Below are positions 43,005 to 52,951 of a stretch of DNA of 64,000 bases, piece by piece. A program made the translations under genes and the position numbers. Within the stretch, counting starts at the first letter, position 1, and each line of letters begins with the position of its first letter. This DNA comes from Promethearchaeota archaeon (GTDB lineage: Archaea; Asgardarchaeota; Lokiarchaeia; Sigyniarchaeales; SOKP01): contig JAUVXW010000004.1 in the NCBI GenBank assembly GCA_030603385.1, positions 93,088-157,087 on the forward strand, in the 5' to 3' direction. The notes below the pieces were generated by a model. It saw only the letters and a list, made by a program, of their open reading frames with translations. It was not told the origin of the DNA and searched no databases.

Positions 43005-43990
43005 CTATATTAATTGTTCTTTAACCATACTTAAGAATGGATCAATAGGAATGAATGGAGAAACACCAGATAATTCATGATTTTTAATTAAACCCAATGA
43101 GTTAGGATCCATCCCAAATGCAACCCCTAAGAGCTGAGTTATATATATTACAGGAATTTTGAATGGTTCACCAATTATATTTCCATAAATATTATTTACC
43201 TCCACTTGACCTAAATCGAGCTGGAGATGACAGAAGGGGCAACAATTAATTATAATATCAACTCCTACATCTCTCATATTAACTAGTTTTTCTCTAGTAA
43301 AATCAGCTGCGACTTCCTTAACAGCTGTTCTAACAGCTCCACCCGCACCGCAACACATATATTTATCTTTATAATCAATGCTTTTAGCACCAGTAATTTC
43401 GACAATTTCATCAAGAAATCTAGGTGCTTCATATTCACCTTGCCAAGGTCGTTTATCACTTGGTTTTACAATATGGCATCCATAATGAACACCTACTTTT
43501 AAATCTGAAAATTTTAACTTTATATGATCTTTTAAATAATCTAGTCCCATATCAAGATATAGGGCTTGAACAATGTGTTTTGGTTCTAGATTCCCTTTAT
43601 ACTCACGATTAATTTTAGCAAGATGTTTATTAACTTCTTTTTTCAATTCGAACTCATGTTCAAGTTCATACCATGCATCTTTTAGAGTTCCATAACAACC
43701 ATTGCAACCAGTAATGGGATTTACTCCTATTTCTTCTGCAATAGAAATATTTCTAGCAGCAATTACGAGCCAAGTTGGAATATGAAATGCTCTAAAAACA
43801 CCTGGTGCAGGACAGCATGAGGCTCCTGGTAAATCTAAAAGCTCAGCACCAAGGTGATCAAAAACACTTCTAATTGATACTTCAATCATAGGATATCTAT
43901 TGGGGATTTTGTCTAGAATCGATTTGATATCTAGTTTACACAGCCCAAAAAGAATCCATATCTCCACTTATAATCATTAGTTATACTCAT
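43005..43990 (-). CDS. hdrB: Heterodisulfide reductase subunit B, two exons (43990-43936, 43906-43005)
   Basis: Spliced N-terminus MSITNDYKWRYGFFLGCVIPNRYPMIE restores the FLGC..PNRYP motif, followed by CCPAPG, CNGC, HYGCH, CCGAGG and CPFC. Confidence 0.92.
43907..43935 (-). other. Relaxed BHB (BHL-type) mRNA intron in hdrB (29 nt)
   Basis: Intron stem CUAGA/UCUAG, central GUGU/ACAA, bulges AA|A and AA|U, exon helix UUGGG/CCCAA. Removal gives TGT GTA ATC CCC. Confidence 0.85.
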
Positions 43991-44470
43991 TTTAATTAAT
44001 TATTCTAGATTAATTACCTTAGACTTTAAAATTAATAGAATATTAAATAATTTCTCTTTATTATTTATACTTATTATGTGGCAAGATTCTAAATTTAAAG
44101 AATAATTCTTTTTTATAATCTTATTTTCTAATTGAAATTTAATAGAGAAAGATTTTTCTTTTAATTAAAATCGAAATTTTTTAAAGTATTTATATAAATT
44201 TTTGTTGGTTAATTCCAAAAAAATAGATTAATATCTCATAAAAAGTCAATTTTAATGGATTGCGTTTAGGAATCTTATCCAAAATCTGAAAATTTGTAAA
44301 ATCCTCTTTTCCACATGGCTCCAACAATTCTTTTTATTATTAATTCAGATTGTTGAGAAATTTCCTTTTTTTTTAATGTGCTAATAATATCGAATATCAT
44401 ATAGGAAGTGCGTTCATCTAACCAAATGGATTCTAAAATTTCTATAAAACAAGAACTCTTATAATCGAAC

Positions 44471-46795
44471 TTAGTTTATTATTTTTTCTATTTCTTTTTC
44501 TAAATCAGATCCATTTTTGCTTAAGAGTGGTACATTTCTTTCATGCTTCATATACTTCACAAAATCCAATATATAAGAAATTAAGATCTCGGGTTTAAAT
44601 TTCCAAGCTCGATTTTTATTAAAAACCATACAATCTATATTTATTTTGACTGTATCATCGATCTTATTTAATATGTATTCTAACATCAGACCGTAGACGC
44701 ATATTTGAGGAAGAGATTTTAATATTTCTGTTTTATCTGGTTTATAATCAGCAATTACTATACAATTATTATTAATTAAAAGTAAATCAATATGACCAGT
44801 ATAAACTACATTCCATTTCTCTATTACCTTCCATGCAGGAATTTCCATAGCAAGAGCATTATCTTCATTCAAAATAATATGTTTTAATATTGGATTATGG
44901 TGAGGAGTGCCACCACTTCCTTTAAATAAGTTAAAATTTTCTCTAACTTTTTGGCATAAATAAAAGTCTTTATTATATATAGAGATTTGATTCTGCTTTT
45001 TTAATTCTTGAAATAAATATTTCTCAATTAATTCAGTTTTCAATTGATTGTTATTTTCACCTTTTAAATAAAAATCAGAAGCCCTAGGGTTTGATTTCAA
45101 ATTAAAAAAGGCTTCAGGTATCTCTCCATTTAAAATTTTATTGAAAAATTGTAATAGAAGATTTTTGAGAATTGGATTATTAATCTTATTAACTTTTTCT
45201 TCATTTAAATGAAAATCGTAATTTATATTTTGATGAATAAACTGTTTATGCCTTAAATATCTTAATTTATCCAATAAGATTAAAAAATGACCTTGAGTTG
45301 AAGGTTTTAAATGGTTTGTAATGAAGATTTTAAATTTACTATAAGTTTGCGGTGCGATAAAATTAATTTTGTTTTTTACTACTTCAATTAGATCATATAA
45401 CCGACCACCACGATAACCAATTTCGTGGGCAAATTCTTGAGGTTCCAAATTAGTATTTTTAAATAACTTAAGAAGGAAAAGGGTTTCAATATGAAAAAAA
45501 TCTGTTAATTTTTTATACATTAACTCAATAAAATCATCTTTAGAGTAATTTTGTCCTTCATATCGACCTAATAAATCTCTTAAAAAGGGATATAACCGAT
45601 TAGATTTTTCAGTGATATATCTATAATTCCTATCCTCACCAAAAATCCTTTCAAAGTATTCTGCGGTTGCTGAAAATGGGATATCTTTTTTTACTCTTAC
45701 CTGATAAAATAATAAAGATAAGGCAAAGATTTGAGGGAAATAATAATTAATTTCATTACTTTCAGCAATATAAATTATTTCAAATCCAGAATTTATTATT
45801 GAATCGTATAAATTCCTGGAATTGTTAATAAAATATTCATCAATGACATTTAATATAGATTCTATTACAAATTTTTCTTTTAGGTTTTCTTTAACCCAAA
45901 ATTTTAACTTTTTAATATAAATCTTTAAATAATTTTCTATTTTTTGTTTGTACTCCTTTTCATTTAATGTAAAATACCCTGTCATCAACTGGCTATAAAG
46001 TTCGCTTAATTTGCTGTAATTAACTCTCAAATTTTTGCTTTTACTCAAAAATCTAACAAACTCTTTTTGATTTAATTCGATATCTTTATGATAGTTGATA
46101 TGAATTAGACAAAGGCTACTAGCCATAATTTTAGGATTTTTTATTTTCAAAGAATTATATAATGTTCGAAATCTATTTTCTGTATTTCGAGAATCAATAA
46201 ATAAATTAAAAAGTCTAAATGTTTGTTCTATATCATCCTTATTAAATATATAATTATGACAGTTACTTAGAGAATTTAAGAATTTAAAGTTTAGAGATAT
46301 GTAATTTTTAACTATTTTTTTGTATTCCCCCTCTGAGAGTAATTGGGGGCGTATTAATTCATATACAAATTCATACTCAGGAATTCTCTTTAAAATTCGA
46401 TATAAATTTGGTAATATTTCTCTAAGAATGCTCACTTTTTGGTTTAATTTAATAGCAAACGAATTTTGAGATATATTCTGAGAGCTTTTACGTAATGAAC
46501 AATAAAGTAAGCTCATAGCAAAATATTTAGGCAGAATCACTCTAAATTTTGAGAGAAATATTTCAAATGGACTGATGCTTCCTTTATTTTCTAAATATGT
46601 TAGAATATCATAGTAAATCTTTTTGGACAATTTAAGGTAATCCGTGGATAAATCAAGTTTTTGAATATATTGAGCTATTTTATTAAAGACATTAAATTCC
46701 CAATTTTCCTGCTCCTTAATCATATTAAAAGAAGATATTGTTTCAAGATTAGGTTCATTTTCATTTCTAAAATCTATCACATTATCTGAATTCAT
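44471..46795 (-). CDS. Large protein with TFIIB/cyclin-like helical repeats and a C-terminal PD-(D/E)XK nuclease
   Basis: C-terminal EIP..TGHIDLL..IADYKP..Q..YG. Three repeats resembling P..xAxSLxY. Confidence 0.7.
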   Translation of the reverse strand: MNSDNVIDFRNENEPNLETISSFNMIKEQENWEFNVFNKIAQYIQKLDLSTDYLKLSKKIYYDILTYLENKGSISPFEIFLSKFRVILPKYFAMSLLYCSLRKSSQNISQNSFAIKLNQKVSILREILPNLYRILKRIPEYEFVYELIRPQLLSEGEYKKIVKNYISLNFKFLNSLSNCHNYIFNKDDIEQTFRLFNLFIDSRNTENRFRTLYNSLKIKNPKIMASSLCLIHINYHKDIELNQKEFVRFLSKSKNLRVNYSKLSELYSQLMTGYFTLNEKEYKQKIENYLKIYIKKLKFWVKENLKEKFVIESILNVIDEYFINNSRNLYDSIINSGFEIIYIAESNEINYYFPQIFALSLLFYQVRVKKDIPFSATAEYFERIFGEDRNYRYITEKSNRLYPFLRDLLGRYEGQNYSKDDFIELMYKKLTDFFHIETLFLLKLFKNTNLEPQEFAHEIGYRGGRLYDLIEVVKNKINFIAPQTYSKFKIFITNHLKPSTQGHFLILLDKLRYLRHKQFIHQNINYDFHLNEEKVNKINNPILKNLLLQFFNKILNGEIPEAFFNLKSNPRASDFYLKGENNNQLKTELIEKYLFQELKKQNQISIYNKDFYLCQKVRENFNLFKGSGGTPHHNPILKHIILNEDNALAMEIPAWKVIEKWNVVYTGHIDLLLINNNCIVIADYKPDKTEILKSLPQICVYGLMLEYILNKIDDTVKINIDCMVFNKNRAWKFKPEILISYILDFVKYMKHERNVPLLSKNGSDLEKEIEKIIN

Positions 46796-46989
46796 TTGAT
46801 TCTTTTGGTTTGATTTTAAAATAGGATTAAATATTTTAAAATTACTTTGAGTGTGAAGGTTTTCAGTATAATTGTTGGATTTTTTTCCAGTATAAAAAGT
46901 GAATTGACTGATGTCTATTTCATCATTCTCTTGTCTCTTCGTTTTAAAAAAAGCAAACAGCTCTTTTTTATTGTCTTTATAATAAAAAA

Positions 46990-47538
46990 ATGAAACAATA
47001 TAAAAAATACAAAAAACCTTCTGATAAAGTAAAAGGAGCCCGAATTTTATTAAATTTAATTAAGTCCGGAATTATAAATGTTAGAACTATCGGTTGTCTT
47101 GCCCAATGGTACAAGATTGAAAGGATTGGGCAAGATATTTTGAACAAACTTCCGACTTCTTTAGGTAAACTCAATAAAAGTACCAATAGATTCGAGTTTA
47201 ATAGCCAAAGACTACCCATAAATAGAGCTAAGGTGTATGTTTGGTATTGCCTAGTTCTTGCAATGATGCCTGTACCTCTTGGTAGCTATACGGCATTTGT
47301 ATTAGATACATTTCCAGGAGATGAGCCTGATAAAGGAAAAACACCTGGCTTGGGTTTTATGAAATTGATCTCTACAAATACGATTTTTGAAGAGTACTGG
47401 AGAAAGTTTATGAAAACTCCTTATTTTTTTTCTTCTGCCTTTGCTCGCTCTTTTTTTAATTTGGCTGCGTTATCTAATAATTTTCTGAATCCAACAGCCT
47501 TCATCAAATTCTGGCACTCCTCTACAGCTTCTGGATAA
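46990..47538 (+). CDS. Hypothetical protein, 3' end overlapping hdrC convergently
   Basis: 182-aa ORF with ATG start, no recognised motif. Confidence 0.45.
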   Translation: MKQYKKYKKPSDKVKGARILLNLIKSGIINVRTIGCLAQWYKIERIGQDILNKLPTSLGKLNKSTNRFEFNSQRLPINRAKVYVWYCLVLAMMPVPLGSYTAFVLDTFPGDEPDKGKTPGLGFMKLISTNTIFEEYWRKFMKTPYFFSSAFARSFFNLAALSNNFLNPTAFIKFWHSSTASG

Positions 47539-48014
47539 GAATGGACTGTTGGGGGTAAAGGTGGTAATCCATAGGATTCTCTTAAATCTCTCCATTTTTT
47601 ATTTGCTTCTCCATTTGCAGGAACGCCATGTCCAGTCGCATAAAAGATATTATTAGCTAACCCGAAATGGCTGTCTAAAATATACCCTTCTTCAACTGCG
47701 ATATTTCTAAGTTTAATAATCATATCAGTGACAGGAATATCTCTCGGACAGCGCTCATAGCAATAATAACAAGTCGAACATAACCAAATATCAATATCCT
47801 GTAGAACAGATTCGTCACCTGTTAAAGCACGGCGGAGAACAGAACGAGTCCTGTATGCCGTACGACGCCCACTTGGGCAACTCCCAGTACAAGTACCACA
47901 ATTTATACATGCTCTTAATTTCTCTAAACCAGCATCAACAAATTTTTGCGCAATTCTTGAACTTGTGGACTTGTAAACTTTTCTTTTAATATACTTTTCT
48001 ACATTATCGCTCAT
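47421..48014 (-). CDS. hdrC: Heterodisulfide reductase subunit C
   Basis: CINCGTCTGSCP, IWLCSTCYYCYERCPR and TGHGVP motifs. Confidence 0.93.
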   Translation of the reverse strand: MSDNVEKYIKRKVYKSTSSRIAQKFVDAGLEKLRACINCGTCTGSCPSGRRTAYRTRSVLRRALTGDESVLQDIDIWLCSTCYYCYERCPRDIPVTDMIIKLRNIAVEEGYILDSHFGLANNIFYATGHGVPANGEANKKWRDLRESYGLPPLPPTVHSYPEAVEECQNLMKAVGFRKLLDNAAKLKKERAKAEEKK

Positions 48015-48268
48015 AATTATCTCGAATCTCGTTTATAATTTTAAAAAGTAGATTTGCGGTTTTGTAAAAAAACAAGGTATTTACTTACTGTGTTTGATCA
48101 AACAAAATCATTGATAATCTTATGAAGGTAAAAGTATTTTTCTTAAAAAAATTTGTTATCGATACTTAATAACTAAATTTATTTTAAGAGTTATTTGTTA
48201 TATTATACATTTTTATAAGGAAAAGTAAATTTGTTAAAATGTTAGGTTAGATTGTTTTTCTTATGAAT

Positions 48269-48496
48269 TTAATCATATAACCTATATAATTCATCTAAAT
48301 ATTTCATTTGATTTTCCTTAGATAAGAAAGCTATCTCTTTTTTCAGAATTTTCTTTTTTTCCTTAGAGATATCTAAATTTTTCAATCTTTCCCGAACTTC
48401 TTTTGGTAATACTGTAAAAATTCTCGAGAAATATTTCTTTATTTCTGAAATCTCTTCTAAGTCTTTATTGTTTATATCTCCGTTAATGTTCATCAC
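48269..48496 (-). CDS. Small hypothetical protein
   Basis: 75-aa ORF that looks helical. Confidence 0.55.
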   Translation of the reverse strand: MMNINGDINNKDLEEISEIKKYFSRIFTVLPKEVRERLKNLDISKEKKKILKKEIAFLSKENQMKYLDELYRLYD

Positions 48497-48671
48497 CAGA
48501 ATTCTTCTAATTAAAGAAAATAAAAATGATATAATAAAGAATTTGGAGTCCAGTTCTTGGATTAATAAATATTAATAATTAATTAAATCCCAAATCTACC
48601 TTATATCTTCGGAATTGAAAAGGAGAATGTACTTTGGAGAAAATAAAAGATATTTCTTCGATTAATCTCCA

Positions 48672-49700
48672 CTACAATATATATTTCTTTAAGATTTCAT
48701 CATTTTCTATTTCGGTAAAAATTTCTTTACTAAGATTTTGATAATCTTTTCCATATACTACTTTACCTTTAGACTCCTCCAAATCAGAATACCTCAAGGT
48801 AAGGGATGCTGCATATTTTAAAATTTCTTCATTAAATTCGTCTTGAATAATAGTTATTGGGCCAGGTACATCTTGAACTTCCATTATTAAATCAATTGGC
48901 TTCTTATGTTGAAGTAGCATGTTATTTTCAATTTCATTTCTTCCGACGATAATTTTATTATCATTAAAACGAAAATGCCGTCCATACTTTAAAATATGTA
49001 TATCTTCCATTTTCAGTATTTTATTGAATTTTAAATAATCTCTCATGCGGTTTGAAAAATTCTTATCTGTTAATAAACACCCACCACATGCATAATATTC
49101 ATCCATTAATCCCTGCTTTCTGACTACCTCTAATTGTACTTTTCTGCTTCTCCCTTTTATTCCTAATAATTTCGATCTATCAATTAATCCTCGTTCTTCA
49201 TAAATTGTTGGCTTTAATTGAAGAGCAGATAATGGTCTTAAAAGTTTTCCTTCAAGACCAGATTCTTTCTCTACTATATTAAGCGCTTTCATATGTTGAG
49301 ACTTTGGTCTTTGGTTGAGTACCTCACCTGTAAATATGAAATCTGCCTTTATTTTCTTTTTAAATTCTTTTGCTTTTTTCAAAATATATATTCTACAATC
49401 AATGCAAGGATTAAGATTTTTTCCATATCCAAATTTTGGATTACGAATAATCTCTAAATAATCATCTCCTTTTGATAAAGAATAGATCTTTATTCCAAGC
49501 TTTTCATGGAATAAGTTTAACCCACAATCTGAATGACTGAGTACTTTATCACACAGACAAAAAGGAGATTTAAAGTTTAGCCCTATAACATCAAATCCTT
49601 GTTGTTTTATTAATAAACATGCCGTCAGACTATCTAATCCACCAGAGACTAACCCAAGTCCCACTAAATTATCTTTTTTCTTAATTTCGATGTCAGTCAT
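48672..49700 (-). CDS. ThiI-like PP-loop tRNA sulfurtransferase with C-terminal NFACT-R/DUF814-like domain
   Basis: SGGLDS, NPCIDCRI, TGEVLNQRPKSQ and GGCLLT motifs. Confidence 0.88.
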   Translation of the reverse strand: MTDIEIKKKDNLVGLGLVSGGLDSLTACLLIKQQGFDVIGLNFKSPFCLCDKVLSHSDCGLNLFHEKLGIKIYSLSKGDDYLEIIRNPKFGYGKNLNPCIDCRIYILKKAKEFKKKIKADFIFTGEVLNQRPKSQHMKALNIVEKESGLEGKLLRPLSALQLKPTIYEERGLIDRSKLLGIKGRSRKVQLEVVRKQGLMDEYYACGGCLLTDKNFSNRMRDYLKFNKILKMEDIHILKYGRHFRFNDNKIIVGRNEIENNMLLQHKKPIDLIMEVQDVPGPITIIQDEFNEEILKYAASLTLRYSDLEESKGKVVYGKDYQNLSKEIFTEIENDEILKKYIL

Positions 49701-49712
49701 CTTTCTCCGCCT

Positions 49713-49988
49713 TTAAATCTTTTTGATTAAAAGAATCCATATTTTTTTCTCATTATCTACTTCTTTGATATCTATCAATTCCCCAATATTTTGTCTTTTA
49801 CAATTATTGGGAATGGTTTTTACAGCAGCAGGAAAATCTAATGTTAATTCTAATATTTCACCAGGATTCATTTTTTCCAATGCTAATTTAGTGAATACAA
49901 AAGTCATTGGGCAAACCTTTCCTCTTATATCTAAGTTTTGTATCTTATTATATTGTTTTTCTTTATTGTCATTCAAAACATACATCAC
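49713..49988 (-). CDS. TusA/SirA sulfur carrier
   Basis: LDIRGKVCPMT motif. Confidence 0.88.
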   Translation of the reverse strand: MMYVLNDNKEKQYNKIQNLDIRGKVCPMTFVFTKLALEKMNPGEILELTLDFPAAVKTIPNNCKRQNIGELIDIKEVDNEKKIWILLIKKI

Positions 49989-50787
49989 CTATGTTATATT
50001 CATGTGTTTCAACTAAATCTATAGCTTGATCTCCACATGCTAAACAATTCTCATTTCTGACAACCTTTATAAAGCTAAATCTATATTTTAATAAATCTAA
50101 AAACAGTATTCTATTAGTTATTAAATCTCCTAATTTTAAAACATACTTAATTGCTTCATTTGCTTGAATACAACCTACAATACCTGGAATTAGACCAATT
50201 ACTCCTGCTTGAGAACAAGACATAGATGGCTCATGTTCTGTTATATCACCAAAAACGCATCTATAGCAAGCTGTTTTTTCCTGTGGATTGACAGTTATAA
50301 TTTGACCGTTAAATCGTATAACACCAGCTATACTAAAGGGAATATCTAGATTAACACAAGCGTCATTAATTAACATTTTTGTAGGTATATTATCAGAGCC
50401 ATCAATAACAAAATCAGAATCTTTTAAAATCTCTTTAATATTATCTGGTAAGAGAATTTCATTAACAACCTCTATATTTACATCAGGATTTAATTTATGT
50501 AATTTTTCGTAAGCACTTTGAGTTTTTTTCTTATTTAAATCATTATTAAAGTGAAGAATTTGCCTGTGCAGATTTGATAATTCTACCACATCAAAATCTA
50601 CAATTTTTATACTTCCTATTCCCGCAGCAGTTAAATAATACGCGGCAGGAGACCCTAGTCCTCCACATCCAATTATAGTTATTTTTGAATCTAATAGTTT
50701 TTTTTGTCCTATTCCTCCTATTTCTTTCAAAACAATTTGTCGGGAGTATCTTTCTATTTGTTCGATAGTAAAATCCATAAAAATCAA
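49969..50787 (-). CDS. ThiF/MoeB/UbaA E1-like adenylyltransferase
   Basis: RYSRQ, GCGGLG, SNLHRQ, CYRC and CLAC motifs. Confidence 0.92.
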   Translation of the reverse strand: MIFMDFTIEQIERYSRQIVLKEIGGIGQKKLLDSKITIIGCGGLGSPAAYYLTAAGIGSIKIVDFDVVELSNLHRQILHFNNDLNKKKTQSAYEKLHKLNPDVNIEVVNEILLPDNIKEILKDSDFVIDGSDNIPTKMLINDACVNLDIPFSIAGVIRFNGQIITVNPQEKTACYRCVFGDITEHEPSMSCSQAGVIGLIPGIVGCIQANEAIKYVLKLGDLITNRILFLDLLKYRFSFIKVVRNENCLACGDQAIDLVETHEYNIGDVCFE

Positions 50788-51010
50788 ATTTTAATTCCTT
50801 TTTTTTAACTTTGAATAAAATGAGTAATACTGATAGAAGAACATAATACAATGAAACAATAAAACTTTAAACCATTTATTTTTTATCTTAATTTTTTATA
50901 ATTATACTCTATTAGTTATTAAAGAAAAACTTAAATTATGTTAACAAATAACAAATAAATCATAATCTGAATAAGAAGAAACTTATTATAAATAAATGAG
51001 AGTTGATTAA

Positions 51011-51376
51011 ATGAGAAAGGTTACAAAAGTATTATTGCTCTTAAAAGATATGATTTATGAATCAACTAGTCCATTGGAAATACTTCGATTTGCCAAGTAT
51101 TATAGAAGTAAGGGACTTGATGTTATTGTTGTGCTTTGGGGGCCAATGGGAATTATACTTGGAAAAAAAAATAAAGTTGGAAGAATGCGATATGATGATG
51201 AGATAACCGAATGCCTTACGATGGGGATACACTTCAAATGCTGCGATCTTGCTGCTAATCTTATTGGTTTGGATGAATCAGAGTTAATTAAAGGTATAGA
51301 TTTAGTCGAATCATATGTAGTTGCAGATTTATTAATAAAATATCAAGAAGAGGGACAATTGATTTTCTCATTATAG
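51011..51376 (+). CDS. DsrE-family protein
   Basis: 121 aa, FKCCDLAA, sulfur-relay context. Confidence 0.65.
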   Translation: MRKVTKVLLLLKDMIYESTSPLEILRFAKYYRSKGLDVIVVLWGPMGIILGKKNKVGRMRYDDEITECLTMGIHFKCCDLAANLIGLDESELIKGIDLVESYVVADLLIKYQEEGQLIFSL

Positions 51377-51408
51377 AATAAAATTTAGATTGTAATCAAA
51401 GAACCATT

Positions 51409-52356
51409 TTAATAATGCTCTACTTCTGGATGCACTTCTTTAACAAATTTAAAATTAAAAATCTTATCACGCGTAAGTTTTTCTTTAATGTATCCTAGTC
51501 TGTGCATAGTATTTATAAACCCCTCTGTAGATTTCAAATATCCTTCTGAAAGGGCTACACAATACTTGGGAGAAATTTCAAGAACAGCTTTCACATATTG
51601 TTTATTATTATTAAGAATCGTGAAAGTTCTTGAGATTATCTCTGCTGCCTTACTTTGAGATTCTCTGAGCAAAAATGAGGCTTTTTTATGATGTTGAAGG
51701 AATGTAAACACTAATTCTGGGTAATCCTCAATTAAGGTTTCATGGAAAAAGATACCATAACTAGGATTATTTGCTAATAAATAATGTGCGGGAATAATTA
51801 AATGAGATTTTAAAATTGTCCGTGCAAAAACTACTAACGCAGGAGTTCCTACGCCTCCTTCTAATATACCCTTTTGCATATCAATTGCTATAAATTCAGC
51901 TTGTTTGTAATTTTTTACTTTAATATCATTTTTCAAATTATATTTTTCTAAATAGTAACTTAGTATTGCATCATGGATAGAGCCAACACTCGGAGTTCCT
52001 ATAGAATATCCTTTAAATTGGAGAAGAGTTTCATATATATTACCATTTAATTGTGATATAGGTTTATAGTTTTGTTTACCAATCATAATTGTTCCTTCAA
52101 CATGTCCTCCAGCAACACACTTAATAGGAACACCATTGTCTATTCCAATTACCGCAGGAGGTAACCCCATATAACCCACATCCAACTCGCCGTTTTTAAA
52201 AGCTTCTACCATAAGAGGACCAGTACCAAATAGAAACCATTTAACCTTTATTTTTAAGTCTCTTTCTAGCTTATCATCTCCCATTAATATAAAATTTGTA
52301 TGATATGCAGTTGAGAGATGACCAATTTTTAATTCTTTTTTTATAGTAAAATTCAC
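51409..52356 (-). CDS. ABC substrate-binding protein (SsuA/NMT1-like)
   Basis: GHLSTAYH, LDVGYMGLPP and GSIHD motifs. Confidence 0.82.
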   Translation of the reverse strand: MNFTIKKELKIGHLSTAYHTNFILMGDDKLERDLKIKVKWFLFGTGPLMVEAFKNGELDVGYMGLPPAVIGIDNGVPIKCVAGGHVEGTIMIGKQNYKPISQLNGNIYETLLQFKGYSIGTPSVGSIHDAILSYYLEKYNLKNDIKVKNYKQAEFIAIDMQKGILEGGVGTPALVVFARTILKSHLIIPAHYLLANNPSYGIFFHETLIEDYPELVFTFLQHHKKASFLLRESQSKAAEIISRTFTILNNNKQYVKAVLEISPKYCVALSEGYLKSTEGFINTMHRLGYIKEKLTRDKIFNFKFVKEVHPEVEHY

Positions 52357-52492
52357 TTATTTTATTTATTTAGTATTATCAACAATCTTATTACCATTTA
52401 ATAATTATAATCTAAAATATTAAGTTATTTAATTGCATTTATAAAAATATATAAGTTAAAATCTCAATTTATACTATTTTGACTGTTAACCT

Positions 52493-52780
52493 ATGCTAAA
52501 TGTAAAAATAATATTTTTATCAGTATTGGTTGATATTACTCAAATCGAGGAATTAACCCTTCCCGTAGATGATGGATCAAATATCAAAAATATGCTAGAA
52601 CAATTATCTTCAAAATTTGGGAAGAAATTTGAAGATTTGATTTTTAAAGCTTCAGAAAATTTAAGTAAATATGTAATTGTAACTATAAATGGAAAAGACA
52701 TTCGAACTTTAGAGGGGCTTAATACAAAAATACAAATTGATGATGAAATTTCCTTCATACCAGCTATCGCAGGAGGATAG
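52493..52780 (+). CDS. MoaD/SAMP ubiquitin-like sulfur carrier
   Basis: C-terminal PAIAGG. Confidence 0.9.
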   Translation: MLNVKIIFLSVLVDITQIEELTLPVDDGSNIKNMLEQLSSKFGKKFEDLIFKASENLSKYVIVTINGKDIRTLEGLNTKIQIDDEISFIPAIAGG

Positions 52781-52951
52781 GGTCATTTCTCTTAAAATTC
52801 TCAATTTACCTTTTATTTTGAATGATTAGAAATATTTCAAGTGTTTTAGTTAGAGATAATATGTTTTTAAATAGAAAAACTAAAAAAAAATCGAGAATAA
52901 ATATTTATATCTTATTGAATGAAATAAATTTAGTAACTAAAACTTAATTAA

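Noticed and set aside
27960-43935. Inserts as spliceosomal introns, group I/II introns, MITEs or tandem duplications
   Set aside because: No GT..AG ends at the predicted junctions, far too short for ribozymes, no shared sequence between inserts, and no clear target-site duplication.
43936-43967. ORF-track start of hdrB at 43967
   Set aside because: It gives a non-homologous N-terminus. The conserved FFLGC motif is in another frame starting at 43990.
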